DNA from: Raillietiella orientalis
Taxonomy: Eukaryota
NCBI GenBank assembly: GCA_036172245.1
Contig: JAYWIR010000052.1
Coordinates: 620,001 to 684,000, forward strand
DNA length: 64,000 bases
Direction: 5' to 3'
Shown here: piece by piece, positions 53,045-64,000 of the stretch
Layout of the letters: each line of letters begins with the position of its first letter
Position numbering within the stretch: position 1 is the first letter of the stretch
Notes under the pieces: model-generated
The model's database searches: none
Seen by the model: only the letters and a program-made list of their open reading frames with translations
Told to the model about the DNA's origin: nothing
Made by a program: the position numbers and the translations under genes

Positions 53045-54530
53045 GCCCGCGTTATGGGCCGTGTGGTTACGGTGCTCTCCACCCGTGGCACCATGCGTCG
53101 TGGGTTCGAATAATCCGAAGCAATCGACGCAGTGCGTCGTGGGTTCCGAGTTCACCCCACAAGATGACGCTGGCTGGCCTCCATTTATCCGGATGCGAAG
53201 GCACTGGTACCGGTTGAGGCCGGATGCCCCCGTTGAGGACCGGGACAAATGGGAGCCGACCTTCGGGTCCTTCCAGGAATCAAGGAGTGGGAGTTCTTCC
53301 CCTCCGGTTGTGCAAAGGAGAACGGACCCTCATTCCGGGGGGACCCTCCGTGTCGTACTGATGGAGTAGGTGTGCCGCCATCACTTCTCCAGAGAGTGCA
53401 GAGAAGCAGGCCGATCCCTTCACCGCCCTTCAGAGAAATTTCGGGAGCGTCTCTTCGGGGTTCTCTTCAGAGGAGTAAACAGGAGGGTATCCCTTGCGGG
53501 GGCTCCTTCCGGAGAAGGAACTCCAGGATTGGGTCCTTTCCGGGTTCCCTTTAGAGAAGAAAGAATGGAGCGGATTCCCCCGGGAGTACCTTTGGAGAGA
53601 ATAAGGAAGAGGATATTCCCTTCGGAGTTCCCCTTCGGAGACAACCGGGGTGGAGGTGATCTCCGTTTCCGGGGATCCCTCCCCAGGCGTGAGAGGAACG
53701 GACTCCCTACTACGGAACTCTTCCTGGATTCATAGGACGGTCCCCTCCAGGGGTGCCCCCTATCTTGAAGAATTATACGCACCCTCGGGTGGCGTGGAAA
53801 GTTGTCAAAGAGCTGCGAAGACAGAAAGGAAGGATTTCCATCATCCACTGCTTGCACTGCTCGAGATGCTTGAGGCGGCTTCCCGCTGCTGCCAGAAGCA
53901 GTTTCTTCCTCCCTCCTCCAGGAGGAAGAGGGAGTGAGAGAGGACGGCCCGCGAGAAGGAGCGACGACCTCGCAAGAAGCTCTGTTCGCGCAGGGAACGC
54001 TCACGAGTCTGAGAATCGGTTCCATGAGGAAGGCGCGCGTCTCTAAGTACCCGCGACCCAGGGCAACCCTTCGTTTTGCCCGGGGGAAAGGCTGGAAGGA
54101 AACAAAGAGTACCCGAGGTAGCAGCAAGAGCTGCTATCGCTCCCTCTTCTTCCGGACAAGTCCCCCGGTGCAGGAATCTCCCTCCCCCTCCTTGCGCATC
54201 CGGAATCCACAGAGCGTGGCTTGGGAGGAGCGAGTCGAGGAGCGCATGCGCACGTTTCTCACGCCGCTCCTCCTCGCCCTCCCACTGAGTGCGCCAAGGC
54301 GAAGGAGGAGAAGGGGAGCCTCCGTCCACCTGAAAGCAGACCCGCGGTCCACGAGACGCTCCCTGCCCTTCTGGGCGAGGACGAAGCCTCTTTCGGGGAG
54401 GGGCCAGGCCGACAGCGGAAGCAGGGGGTTACCTTCGGGCTCGGTTAGCCCAGGGAAAGAGGGGAGCCGTTTTCCCGGGAGCGACCGTCTGCATCCCCAG
54501 GGGCAGAAGCTGGCGGAGCTGGCGAACCGC
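53045..54530 (+). mobile_element. tRNA-headed chimeric retroposon, copy E (longest, about 1.5 kb)
   Basis: Head GGGCCGTGTGGTTACGGTGCTCT...GTGGCACC...GGGTTCGAAT, then the shared core and array. It continues into RT-like NGLPTTELF, QGCPLS (53748-53765), SDDL (53960-53971), SLRIGSMRKARV and the post-RT LAELAN. Confidence 0.8.
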
Positions 54531-54939
54531 TTTTATTCATTTTCCTGTGGGATCCCTGCTAACACTCGATCTGGAAGCTTTCCTGGGGTCTGGGCCAGAG
54601 TTCATCCGCAGGAGAGGACGCCAGCGAGGGCTCGCGCGAGCGCGCGGAAGGGACGGGGGAGATCGGACGCACCCGACGAGCGGACGGCTCCATCACCTGA
54701 AAAAATGGAAGAAGGGAAGATACAGCGTGACCCTCCCCTTTCCGAGAGGGAGCGAGTAGGAGGAGGGAGGAAGAGGGGGGGAGGGGAAGCAAACAAGGCG
54801 AGGACTTCCTGCAGCCGTCACCGTCGTGGCGTTGGGGCAAGGAGGGGGGCTGCTTGCTTGCAAGGGGAGCGCGAGCTGACTCCGGCAGGCGCCACGGCGT
54901 GGTGGCGGCCGCCGGGAAACGGCACAGGAGACAGCAGCC

Positions 54940-55610
54940 GAAGCCCCAGGGAATCAACAGCAACGGCGCAATAGCAGCAGAGCTGGTTCCCGTGACTTTC
55001 GAATGTCACGGTCACTAGGCGGCAGCAGCAGCGGCCAAGGAGGACGGCGGCCAATGGGAAGTGGGCAGCGGCGATCATGGCGTCAAGGGCAGAGACGGGA
55101 AAAGATTCTCACTCGGGCGGGAGCACTAAGCAGAAGTGATGCTGCCGTTTCCAGGAAGAGTGGTGGCGGCAAATGTCAGGAAGCAGCCCCAGTGGTAGCA
55201 GCAGCGTAAGCCATGTGAATAGCAGCAAAGGTGCTAGCAGTCCGAGCAGCAGACTGAAGTAGTAGGAGCAAGAGCAACGTCCTCCGCGGTGACTGGTCAG
55301 CAGCAGGAAAGAGGTTACCATTCGTGGAAGTGATAGCAGCATCGACAGCAACCGACGGTGGAGGCAGAGACAAGCAGTGACAACCGCGACACGGGTGGCT
55401 TGAGCAGCGGCACTCGTGGCTTGGTTGTGCCCAGATGGTCATCGGCGACAGCAGCATTCGTAGCATACAGTCCACCATTGGTAACCGCGATTGCAGCGCT
55501 GGCAGCGGTCGTGGTCACCGTTTTTGCACTGGTAATAAAGCGGCCTTCACTGTCGCCTCGGTGGGTGCACCGGCAGTCAGCGCCGTTTTCGTGGCAGTGG
55601 CAGCAGACCA
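54940..55610. repeat. Cryptic (GCA/GGC)n-rich low-complexity region downstream of the Ig gene
   Basis: Dense, interrupted GCAGCA, GGCAGC and GGTGGC trinucleotide motifs. Confidence 0.55.
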
Positions 55611-56022
55611 ACGACGAGTTGCCACCCGTCGACCGCGTGGAGCGGCCGCGACCCCCCGTTCCGACCCGCGAGCGGCGAGAAACCTCCTCGGCGCGAAGCG
55701 CTCCCCGCAAGGAGCGAAGCTGCTATCCGGAGCAGCCCGATTCTGTCCCTGAAAGCGGATGGGAAGGGAGGGGGGGAAGAGTCCCCGCTCACCGAGGGAA
55801 CCCCGGCCGCGGGAGGTGGTGCGAAGACGCTCCAATCGGGAGGTTGCGGACCGCGTTCCTTCCCGACCTTGCACCCACTCGCTGTGCGGTGCCGACAATG
55901 TGACCCGTCGCCTGTCCTCTACAGCCTGGGGCGCTTTTCGCCCCAACCTAAAGCTGGAGGGAACGGGGGAAAGAGGTGATGGAGGAAGGACGTCCCTTTC
56001 GATAATTGCGGACGGGAATTAC

Positions 56023-59000
56023 CTACGACCGAGAGGGAGGCGAAGTCTTCTCCGACGTTCCGCGGGAGTACCTCCGGGAGCAGCTGCACCTCTGGAAGCG
56101 GGAGAGGCAAGTGATCCCCTGTCCTCGACGGGAAAAGGTGGGAGCGCGGCGCCCAGCAGCGGGCGGCGACCTTTCGACGCCGCGCCAAGATCTGCCTCCG
56201 GACCCCTCGCCCGCGCAGCCCCTCCCGACCACCACGTACCGTGGACCAGCACATCCCTCCTCGCCTCGCCTTCCTCGTTTTCCGCCAGGCAGCTGTAGAT
56301 GCCCGCGTCTCCGCGCGTGACGTTCCTCACCAGCAGCGTGGACGTCGTGACATGACGCTCGCGGCCCTCGGAGACCTCGTGCCTGGTGCTCCACTCGACC
56401 TCCCGGCCCTCGTGCAGCCAGCGGACGGACGGCTTGGGGCTGGCCTCCACCTCGCAGACCATCACCGCGGCCCCCCTGGACGGGAACCTGGCGACGGAAC
56501 TGCGCTCCCGCATCCTGGGCGGAACTGTAACGAGGAGGCGGGAAGAGCGAGAGTGCGGGAGAAAGGGGGAAGGAAGGAGCAGAACTCACAGATGATCTCC
56601 AGGACGATGCGCTTGCTGACGGCGGGAGGAACGCCGTTGCTGGCAATGCAGTAGTACGTCCCCGCGTCCTCCCTGGTTGCCGAGGCGACCACGAGCTGGC
56701 TCCCTATGGAGGGGGGGCCTGGCAAGGACGAGAGGAAGGGAACGCCTCAGTCAGCCAGCCTGCCCGACGGTTGGTACGGGTCAGGGGTCAGGGCGCACAT
56801 TTTCCCTGAACAGGACTGACCAAGCGCCGGTCGCTCCTCCCAGCAAAGGGAGATGGGGGGGGGGGAAGAAGAGAAGAAGGCAAGGAAAAGGCCGCTGGGA
56901 ACTCGAGAGGAAAGCCATTGGGATCCTTGAAAAGGTCACAACGAGCGAGGACGACGGCGGGAAGGGGGTCGGGGGAGGAAGGACGGTCCTGCGACGGAGC
57001 CGCATCTTCTCGGGAGACCAGCTGCGGGTAGCACGCCCTATTCCTTTCGATTAAAACTTGCCGAGCCGATCTCCAGGGCTTTCACACGATCCATCCTCCG
57101 TGTGAGCTGGTCGCGTGGCAACCCTCGTTTCGTGCGAGAGTCCCCCCCCTCCTCCCCTCCTCTTCTCTCTGTTTCTCTCACTCCTGCCTGAGACGCTTCC
57201 TGCCCATCGGCGGCATCTCAGCTGGGGAGGGCACGACTGGTCTGAGATGGGGCGCTCTCCACCGGGGGAAGCGCGTGGGGGACCTCACCGAGAGGTGAAA
57301 CTTAGGAAGGATGGAGGGGGGGGGGGGAACATACATGCTGAGTGCTCGTCTTGCCAGCAGCTGGACCAGCAACCGCCACCGAGCTCTGGGTCGCGCAGGA
57401 GGTCTGGACTTCTACATCGGCAGCGTCCCCTCCGAGACGGACCGATCGGGGAGGTGCCGCTTTGCTTGCGCCTGCGCGATCGAGGCGCCCTCAGGGCAGG
57501 TCGGTCATCCATCCATCGCAGCGCAGGTGGAATGGGAGAAGGCGGCGGCAGCGGGAGCTACGCCCCCCTCCGACCTTGGGAGAGGACGGCGCGTTCGACC
57601 TCCCCCCTCCTCCATCCTTCTCTCCAAGCAAGGATGCGAGGAGAGCACGGGGGGTGGGGATGGAGCCTGCGCGACCACCGCAGCGCTCCGACGAGGTGCC
57701 AACTCTCCTCATCTTGATGGATGCACTGCTGTTGCCAGGCGGCGGCACTCCGCCGGCAGACGAGTACTGACAACGCTGCGCCGAGGGGAAGCTCCAATCC
57801 GTCCCCTGCCCGCGTTTCACCCTTGTCCTGGGCTGTGACCCTCGAGCTGATCTTAGCCAAAGGACCGAGGAGCGGTCACCCAGGACACCCGAGTAGAGGT
57901 CAGATGCGCGCTCTCGATCCCTCCTGCCGCACCCGTGGCCTTACGGCGGAGCTGGAAGAAGGGTCGAGGGAAGGAAGTGGGACGGGCGCATCCTGGAGCG
58001 GGGCCTCAGGGACAGAGTCTTGCCAAGATGACCCCTCTGTCCGCCCGTGTTGTCCCTCTTCCCCTTCTTCTGAGAATAGGAACGCCTCCCCGCTTTGCCC
58101 CTCGTCCCAGTGGAGGTCTCCCGGACCATCTCTGACTTGCTCCTCGGCGCCACCTCTGCTCCATCCGAGGCAGCTGCGCTTGGGAAAAGGGCGCCGGCTA
58201 AACGCGCGAGGCTGATGGATTTCCCTGTAGGGGGAGGAGGAAGGGAGGGGGCGGGAAGAAAAAATCCGGACCAGGGAACGCAGGGTGAGGAGGGGGAGGG
58301 TCACCAGGGACTCCGGTAGTCCGCAAGCCCGGAATGCTGCGAGAAATGGGGAAGATGCAGTGGCTCCAGCCGCCGGAGGTAGCCGGCGACCGCGCGAGCA
58401 CGGCAGGAGTCAACTTGCCCCGAGGCAGAGAAGGTTGATCCATTCTAGGCACGAGGCGCGACGATCTCGGAGGATGGCTTCACTAGACGGACCTGCGCTG
58501 GAAAGAGGGCGCCGTGGCTCGTGCAAGTTCTCGTCCCCAAGGAGAAGGAGGAGGGAATGGGGTAAGGAACGGGACAAGCAGTGAGGGAGGAGGGGGGAGG
58601 GAAAGGAATGCAGTTGGCGTGCTCTTTCGCCTTGGCCTCTGATTCGATCCAGGGGATCGCGGGTTTCCCGGTCAGCCCACGAAGGGCTGGGCATGGCTCG
58701 GTCTCCGCTTTCAGGGTCCTCATCTTTCGGGGGCGCCTTCTCCTCCCCGGAAGGGAAGGTCGAGGGCGGGAGGGGAGGGCTAGGGATTCACCTGTCTTCC
58801 TGCCGGAGGGATGGTGGGGCGTCTCCCAGGTGATGTTCGGCTCCGGGAATCCCGTCGCCACGCAGCGCAGCCGGACGGTTTCGAATTCCCTGGCGTGCAC
58901 GGAGGAGGGCGTGCTCTTCCCGTCGTCGATCCTCGGGGGAACTGGAAGGGAGGGAAGATTCAACCAAGGTCGACAACACAGGGGAGAGGGGAAGGAGAGG

Positions 59001-61473
59001 GAGAGGGGAAGGGGAAAGCCGAGCGGGACGAGGGGAACGACGCAGGTTTTTCCTTCCTCCTCCTCCTCCGTTGGCCCTGCCACGTGTCTTCGCCCTCGCT
59101 GGCCCCCCCGACCGCCGCCGCTCCCCGCACACCGAGGGAGCTTCCTCGCGTCGCCCTTTTTTTTTTTTTTCTGCCATCGACCCCCAACCCTCACTCGCGC
59201 TCACCCCTATTCCTCCCTCCTCCTCCCCCAATCTGATGGCTGCGACGCGGAAAGGACGGAACAGCACGCAGGGCGAGCCTCGCAGGGTGTCGCGGCTTGT
59301 GGTCGCCGTGCCGCCAAGGGGCCCTCGGCAAGCGGCCCCTTGTTGCCGAATCCACGGCGGTGGAGGAGAGGGGGAAGAGCGCGAGGTGGTTGGGACAGCT
59401 CTGCCTTCCCCGCAGCAGCCTGCGGAGCGACGTCCTTCACAAGGCGACCTGCGGAACGGCCCACCGGATGAACGCGACTCCCACGCGGTCCCCCTTCCTC
59501 CCCTTCCCCCCCCCCCCCACGTTCGCTCGCCGGGTCGTCCTCCCAGGGTGCCAGCCAGCCGATGACTTTCCTTTTCTCCTCCCTTTTCGCTCCCCGCGTG
59601 GACATCCGAAGGGTCGCGAGGATCCGGAAGTTTCCGCGCGGGAGGCCCACGCTAATCCGACTCGCCGCGTCGTCAATCCTCTTCAGCTGGAGAAGGGGAG
59701 AGGAGGGAGAAGGGAAGAGAAAACAAAAGAGACGGCTACGGGATGGGAAGGACGCGAGGCTGCGTCCAACGGCCAATGAGGGATCCGAGCGCCCAACCAG
59801 AAGACGCTGGAAAACTTCCGGTGAGCCGCGCCCTGCGGCTTCAATCAAGTGCGTGGGTAGGCGCCCACATGCGGGAGCGAGCGGAGCAGCACCCCTCCTT
59901 CCCAGGACGGAACGGTCCCCTCCCCCCCCTCCTCTTCCTTCCCCGCTCCTGCTTGTGGGAAGACGGGGCAAGGAGCTGCCGCGCGTGGCTGCCGAGAGAG
60001 GTCGCAGCATCTTCCGGGCGGACTGCGTCCTCGCGGTGAACGGAGAGGAGGCGCGCTTTTCCAGGGCCGAGGGTCGTCTCCCCACCCCCCACCCCACCCC
60101 TCGCCTCGGTTATTGGAGTCTCTGCGCGTCCCAGGGGATTTCTCGAGGGAGGAGAGGGTGACGCCGGTGCTGCGGTGAACGCCCCCGAATTTGACTCCCG
60201 CCGCCCGGCCAAATAAGCCGCGCACTGGGCCGACCATATGGATCAAAATTGAGAAAATTAGAACGCGTTAGTAATGAATTTAGAAGGGTTGATTCAGGGC
60301 GCGGGGTTTTCGCTCTTGCGCCGCGCCCTGCGTGCAGCTCGGGGGGACGGGGTGGGGGTGGGGGGGAGAGGACCGGAAGTTGGCCCTTCCTGAGGCGCCT
60401 CCGTCTTCGCGGGTCGAGAAACGTCCGGTCCGACTCCCCCCCCCCGCACCTCTGCTGATTCGCGCTCGCTTCCCCCGATCTCCAGCAAACACACACACAC
60501 AATAAATAAATATAGAAATAATAAAGGAATCCCAGAGAAATCCCGGGTCGTTTTTTTTGTTTTTTTCCCCTCCTCCTCCTCCGATAAGCGCGATTTATGA
60601 TTTGCCGAAGAAATCTCTCCCAAGAAGGGTTTTTTTCTTGCAGTCCATTCCTCAAACATCAGCCGCACCTTCTACCGGGAGTGGCTTTAAATTACTCGGA
60701 GCCCTGACGAGATAAGTGACGGGAAGCGAAGGGCGGGAGGATTACGCGCGCGTTCCCGGAACCCTACCGGACGCGGACGCGCGTTCCTGGAGGAACACTT
60801 TTGCTCTCCGTGCGGCTCGCGCCGGTCCCGCTTTATCTCCGGGATCCGCGCGTCCCGGGACGCCGGCCTGCAGGTTAGCATCATCATCTGCGGATTTCGC
60901 GCGCCGCTGAGCGCTTGCGGGCGGCTCCCTCGCTGCCGGCGCGCCGCGCTGCGGACTGCAGCCGGAACGTTCCGCCACCCTCTCGCGCCCTCCCTCCCTT
61001 TCCCCACCCCCATCGTCCCCCTCCCCGCGTGCCTCGTTCGGAAAAGTTCGCGCCCGGTTCCCCCGTTTTTCGGTCTCCTCCGGCCCCCGCCCGAAGGGGA
61101 GGGGAAGCGTGCTTTCTCCTCCTCCCCCTCGCTCCCACACCCCCGCCCGCCCCCTATTTTTTTTCCTGGAAATGAAGCAAGAGCCATGCGGGACGGACGT
61201 TCGAAACGCAGCGAACTACGCGCGTGGAAAACGCCGGGAGACACCGAAACGCGGACGGATTGCCGCACAAACGAATGGCGGATCGGATGCCACGCGATGG
61301 AAATAGGGGGCGACTCGCCGCGATGCAGCGTGAACGAACACACACCGTGGATTAGGTCGGATGTCGCCGGGCGCGAGCACGGTCGGATGGGTGGAACGCG
61401 TCGGTGCGCACCACCGCGCGGTGCCGCCCTCTGCAAGCGAAGCCATCGACGCAGCGTGCGGTGCGTTGGTGCT

Positions 61474-61506
<33 letters not shown>

Positions 61507-63202
61507 GTTGGGGTCTGAGAGGGGGAGAGAAAACGTGGTAGGAGAAAGTGCCGGGAGGTGTCCCGAGAGAAGAGAAAGGCACTTGTTCGCTTCCCCGAAG
61601 CAGAAGTGGATGCTCTTCTTCCGGAACAGTTCCCGGACGAACGCTTCGAGCACGGCATGCTGGAAGGGAAGACGAAGGGGGGAGGATTACAGCGGCTTGC
61701 TACAGAGAGGTTTTTTTTGGGGGGGGAGCGCCAGGCTCCATAGCTCCGTCCCCTCAGGCCACGGAGTCCTTCCCCCAGCAGAGGACCACCGCGTAAACCC
61801 TTCTTTCCTTCCTTACCTGTGACGGTCAGGAACGCCCTCTGGCTCAGCACGGGGTCCGTGTTCACTTGGCACATGTACTGACCGCCGTCCTCCACTGTCA
61901 CGTCTTTTATCTGCAGCGTCCACGTCCGGTAGTTCTCGTGCGTCACGATGAACCGCGGAATCCTCGTCAGCAGGCTGTCGTGGACGCTGAGCACCATCTT
62001 CCGGTCAATGTGCGCCCAGGCGACCTGCGGCGACGGGAGCCTCTTCTCCGAATCTGCCGGGAAGCCACCTCCCTGCTCTTTCCCTTCGGGAAGAGCAGGG
62101 AGGTGGTGGTGGGGGGAAGGGGGACACCGACGCCGGGGGACGGATGTGGGGCGTGGAGAAGGACCCCTTCCGCGCCTCCCCCTCGCGCGGTCGACGAGGG
62201 CAGCTCTAGGACTCGGACGCAGGCCTACCGCCCGCGAGGAGAGAGGGAACCTCACGACGGCGGGGAGGGGAGGGGGGGAGTCTCGTGAAACGCCGCCGGA
62301 AGGGCATCCGTCGACCGGCAGCGACGGAGAGGAAGGGCCTGCGAGGGGGACCCTGCGCGATCCTGCCGCACGTCCCCCCCTTCCTCTTCCCCGCAGGATT
62401 CCAGGCGCTGTGCGGCCATCTTTTTTCCGCCCGTCACCGTTTCGCGCCCCTGCCGCCGCCGTGTGCGCCGCCCTTGCGTCATGCGAGGTCACGCATCCTC
62501 GCGCGCCGCTTGAGCCGCTGTCCGCCGGTCGCCGCCGCGTCGCAAAATGCCTACGCACGTGTCGGAAAGGAGATGGGAGGGAGGGGGGAAACGGGAGGCT
62601 GGCTGAAAAACCGACGCCGAGTTCTCGCGCGCACGCCGAGCGAGAAGCAGCAGCAGGGAGGAGGAGGATGAATAGGGAAGGGGGAAGGCGCCGCCGAGCG
62701 GGAGGCGGAGGAAGGAAGGCGCGGCGCCCCGTCGCCCAGGGTCGCGATCTCTCGCCCTTCCGCTTAGGGATTTGTCGCGCGCCTGCGCGGGCGCGAGGGG
62801 CTTTCACTTGGGACCCCCTGGTCTCGGGCCGCCTAAGGAGATCTCCACTCCTGTCAGCAGCGCGAGGCGATCCTCCACCACTCGCGCTGGACCAGGCGAG
62901 AGGCCGAGTGAGGAGGAGGACGTGGAAGCCCCACACCACCACCGCCGCCGCCTGGCTCTGCTGCTCCCGTCGCCTCCGCCACGTGACTCCCCCTTCCCTT
63001 TCCAGAGACGGGACCCCCCCCCCCATTCCCTCCTCCCTTTTCTTGGTGGACAACGACGACGGGACGCGCTGCGAGCGTGTTGCCGCCCCCGCCCCTACCT
63101 GGTAGCCCTCCAGGTCGTCGACCACGCAGGAGAAGGACACATCGCGCCCGACGGCCACCGTCTTGTTCTCCATGGGTTCCGGAAAGGACGGCAGGGCCCG
63201 CC
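56023..63202 (-). CDS. Three-Ig cell-adhesion protein, DIP (Dpr-interacting protein)/Lachesin/IgLON-like; partial
   Basis: Exons (minus strand): 63202-63099, 62024-61817, 58941-58792, 56718-56590, 56524-56240 and probably 56091-56023. Phases are consistent and introns are GT-AG. Ig1: VAVGRDVSFSCVV...VAWAHIDRKM...WTLQIKDV..EDGGQYMCQVNTDP. Ig2: VPPRI...LRCVATGFPEPNITW...DAGTYYCIASNGVPPAVSKRI. Ig3: FPP...CEVEASPKP..RW...DAGIYSCLAEN. The signal-peptide exon was not found in the window, and the terminal exon is unresolved. Confidence 0.88.
61476..61503. repeat. (GAC)n microsatellite in an intron of the Ig gene
   Basis: About 9 perfect GAC units. Confidence 0.9.
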
Positions 63203-64000
63203 CTGCAAGAGAAAGACGTGGCGGGGAGTCGGCACCCAACTGGGGTCATCGAGGGAAGCTCCGGTTAAGGAGATGCGGTGCGGCGACCCCCGAGGAGACG
63301 GATAGGCGCGTCTGCTGCTGGCATCTCCGAGGATCCTCCGCAGGGGAGGAGGGGGACGGGGAGCGAGGACTGAGCCCTCGGGCGACCAAGACGACGCCAC
63401 AGGGGGCGTTTCCCCCCTGCCCGGAGGCCGCCTGGTTGTCCACTCCCGTCTCCAGTTTAGCCCCTCAGCACTTTTGGACCCTCCCACTCCCCACTCACGC
63501 TGCCGCCTTCACCCCACTCCCCCGCCCCCCCTTCCCCTTTACCGGGCCTCCACCCGGCTTTCAGACGGACGCGTGGGAGTGGTCGCCCCCCTCAGGCGAA
63601 TCCTCCAAGAAGGTCGCACCCGCGTTCGTTCGGGAAGAGCCTAGGGCACTAAGTGGGGGGCCGGAGGGACAGCGCTGCACCAAGGTGAGCCCTCTGCCCG
63701 CCCGTGGCCTCCCTCTCCCCCTTCCCCCGAGGATGGGGACACTTCAAAACACACAGAGAAAAAAGGAGAGAGCGGGCGATGCCTCCCCTTCCGGTCGGAC
63801 TCCAGGAGGGGGGAAGGCCGTAAGGGAGGGTAGTGGGACGGGGAGCGGAGGTCTCCAGTCAGCTCACCGCTCCTAGCGGAGGTCGATTGGGCACCGGGAG
63901 CGCTTCGTCTCAGCGGGGATCCTCCAGCCTGTCCCTACGCAGGGACATCTCCTGGAGCTCGCGAGTGCCCCCGGGAGAAACGGAGTGTTGGGGGGGGAGG

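Noticed and set aside
33000..64000. Numerous 100-385 aa ORFs on both strands
   Set aside because: They overlap, are R/G/P/S-rich and carry no domains. They are expected in GC-rich DNA or are shadows of decayed LINEs.
1..64000. CRISPR array, operons or prokaryotic defence and retron-like RT systems
   Set aside because: There is no regular repeat-spacer array, the genes are spliced eukaryotic genes, and the RT remnants are non-LTR retrotransposon type and broken.
63868..64000. Upstream signal-peptide exon of the Ig gene (donor GTGAGC at 63867)
   Set aside because: The required phase-1 frame contains a stop, has no ATG and has no hydrophobic signal.

Overview
This is eukaryotic (animal, probably arthropod) genomic DNA, not prokaryotic. 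It contains three spliced genes with very short GT-AG introns (mostly 41-58 nt) in AT-rich, CpG-poor islands: an ATP10-class P4-ATPase (+, 5064-11461), splicing factor ESS2/DGCR14 (+, about 23616-27637) and a convergent neutral sphingomyelinase SMPD2-like gene (-, 30144-27935). A partial three-Ig DIP/Lachesin/IgLON-type adhesion gene (-, 63202 to about 56023) lies in a very GC- and CpG-rich block. The intergenic DNA holds many decayed L1/Tx1-like non-LTR retrotransposon fragments (endonuclease, reverse transcriptase, C-terminal zinc finger, 3' UTR). The most notable structure is a repeat family with five copies. Each has a tRNA-like Pol III head and a unique segment, and four extend into a degenerate CCCTCCGGAG array. 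In three copies this array joins LINE reverse-transcriptase sequence at the same junction, suggesting a long tRNA-headed, LINE-tailed chimeric retroposon. A candidate 309-bp MITE is also present. No CRISPR arrays, rRNA genes or intact tRNA genes were found. All homology calls come from motif recognition by eye, and mobile-element boundaries are approximate.
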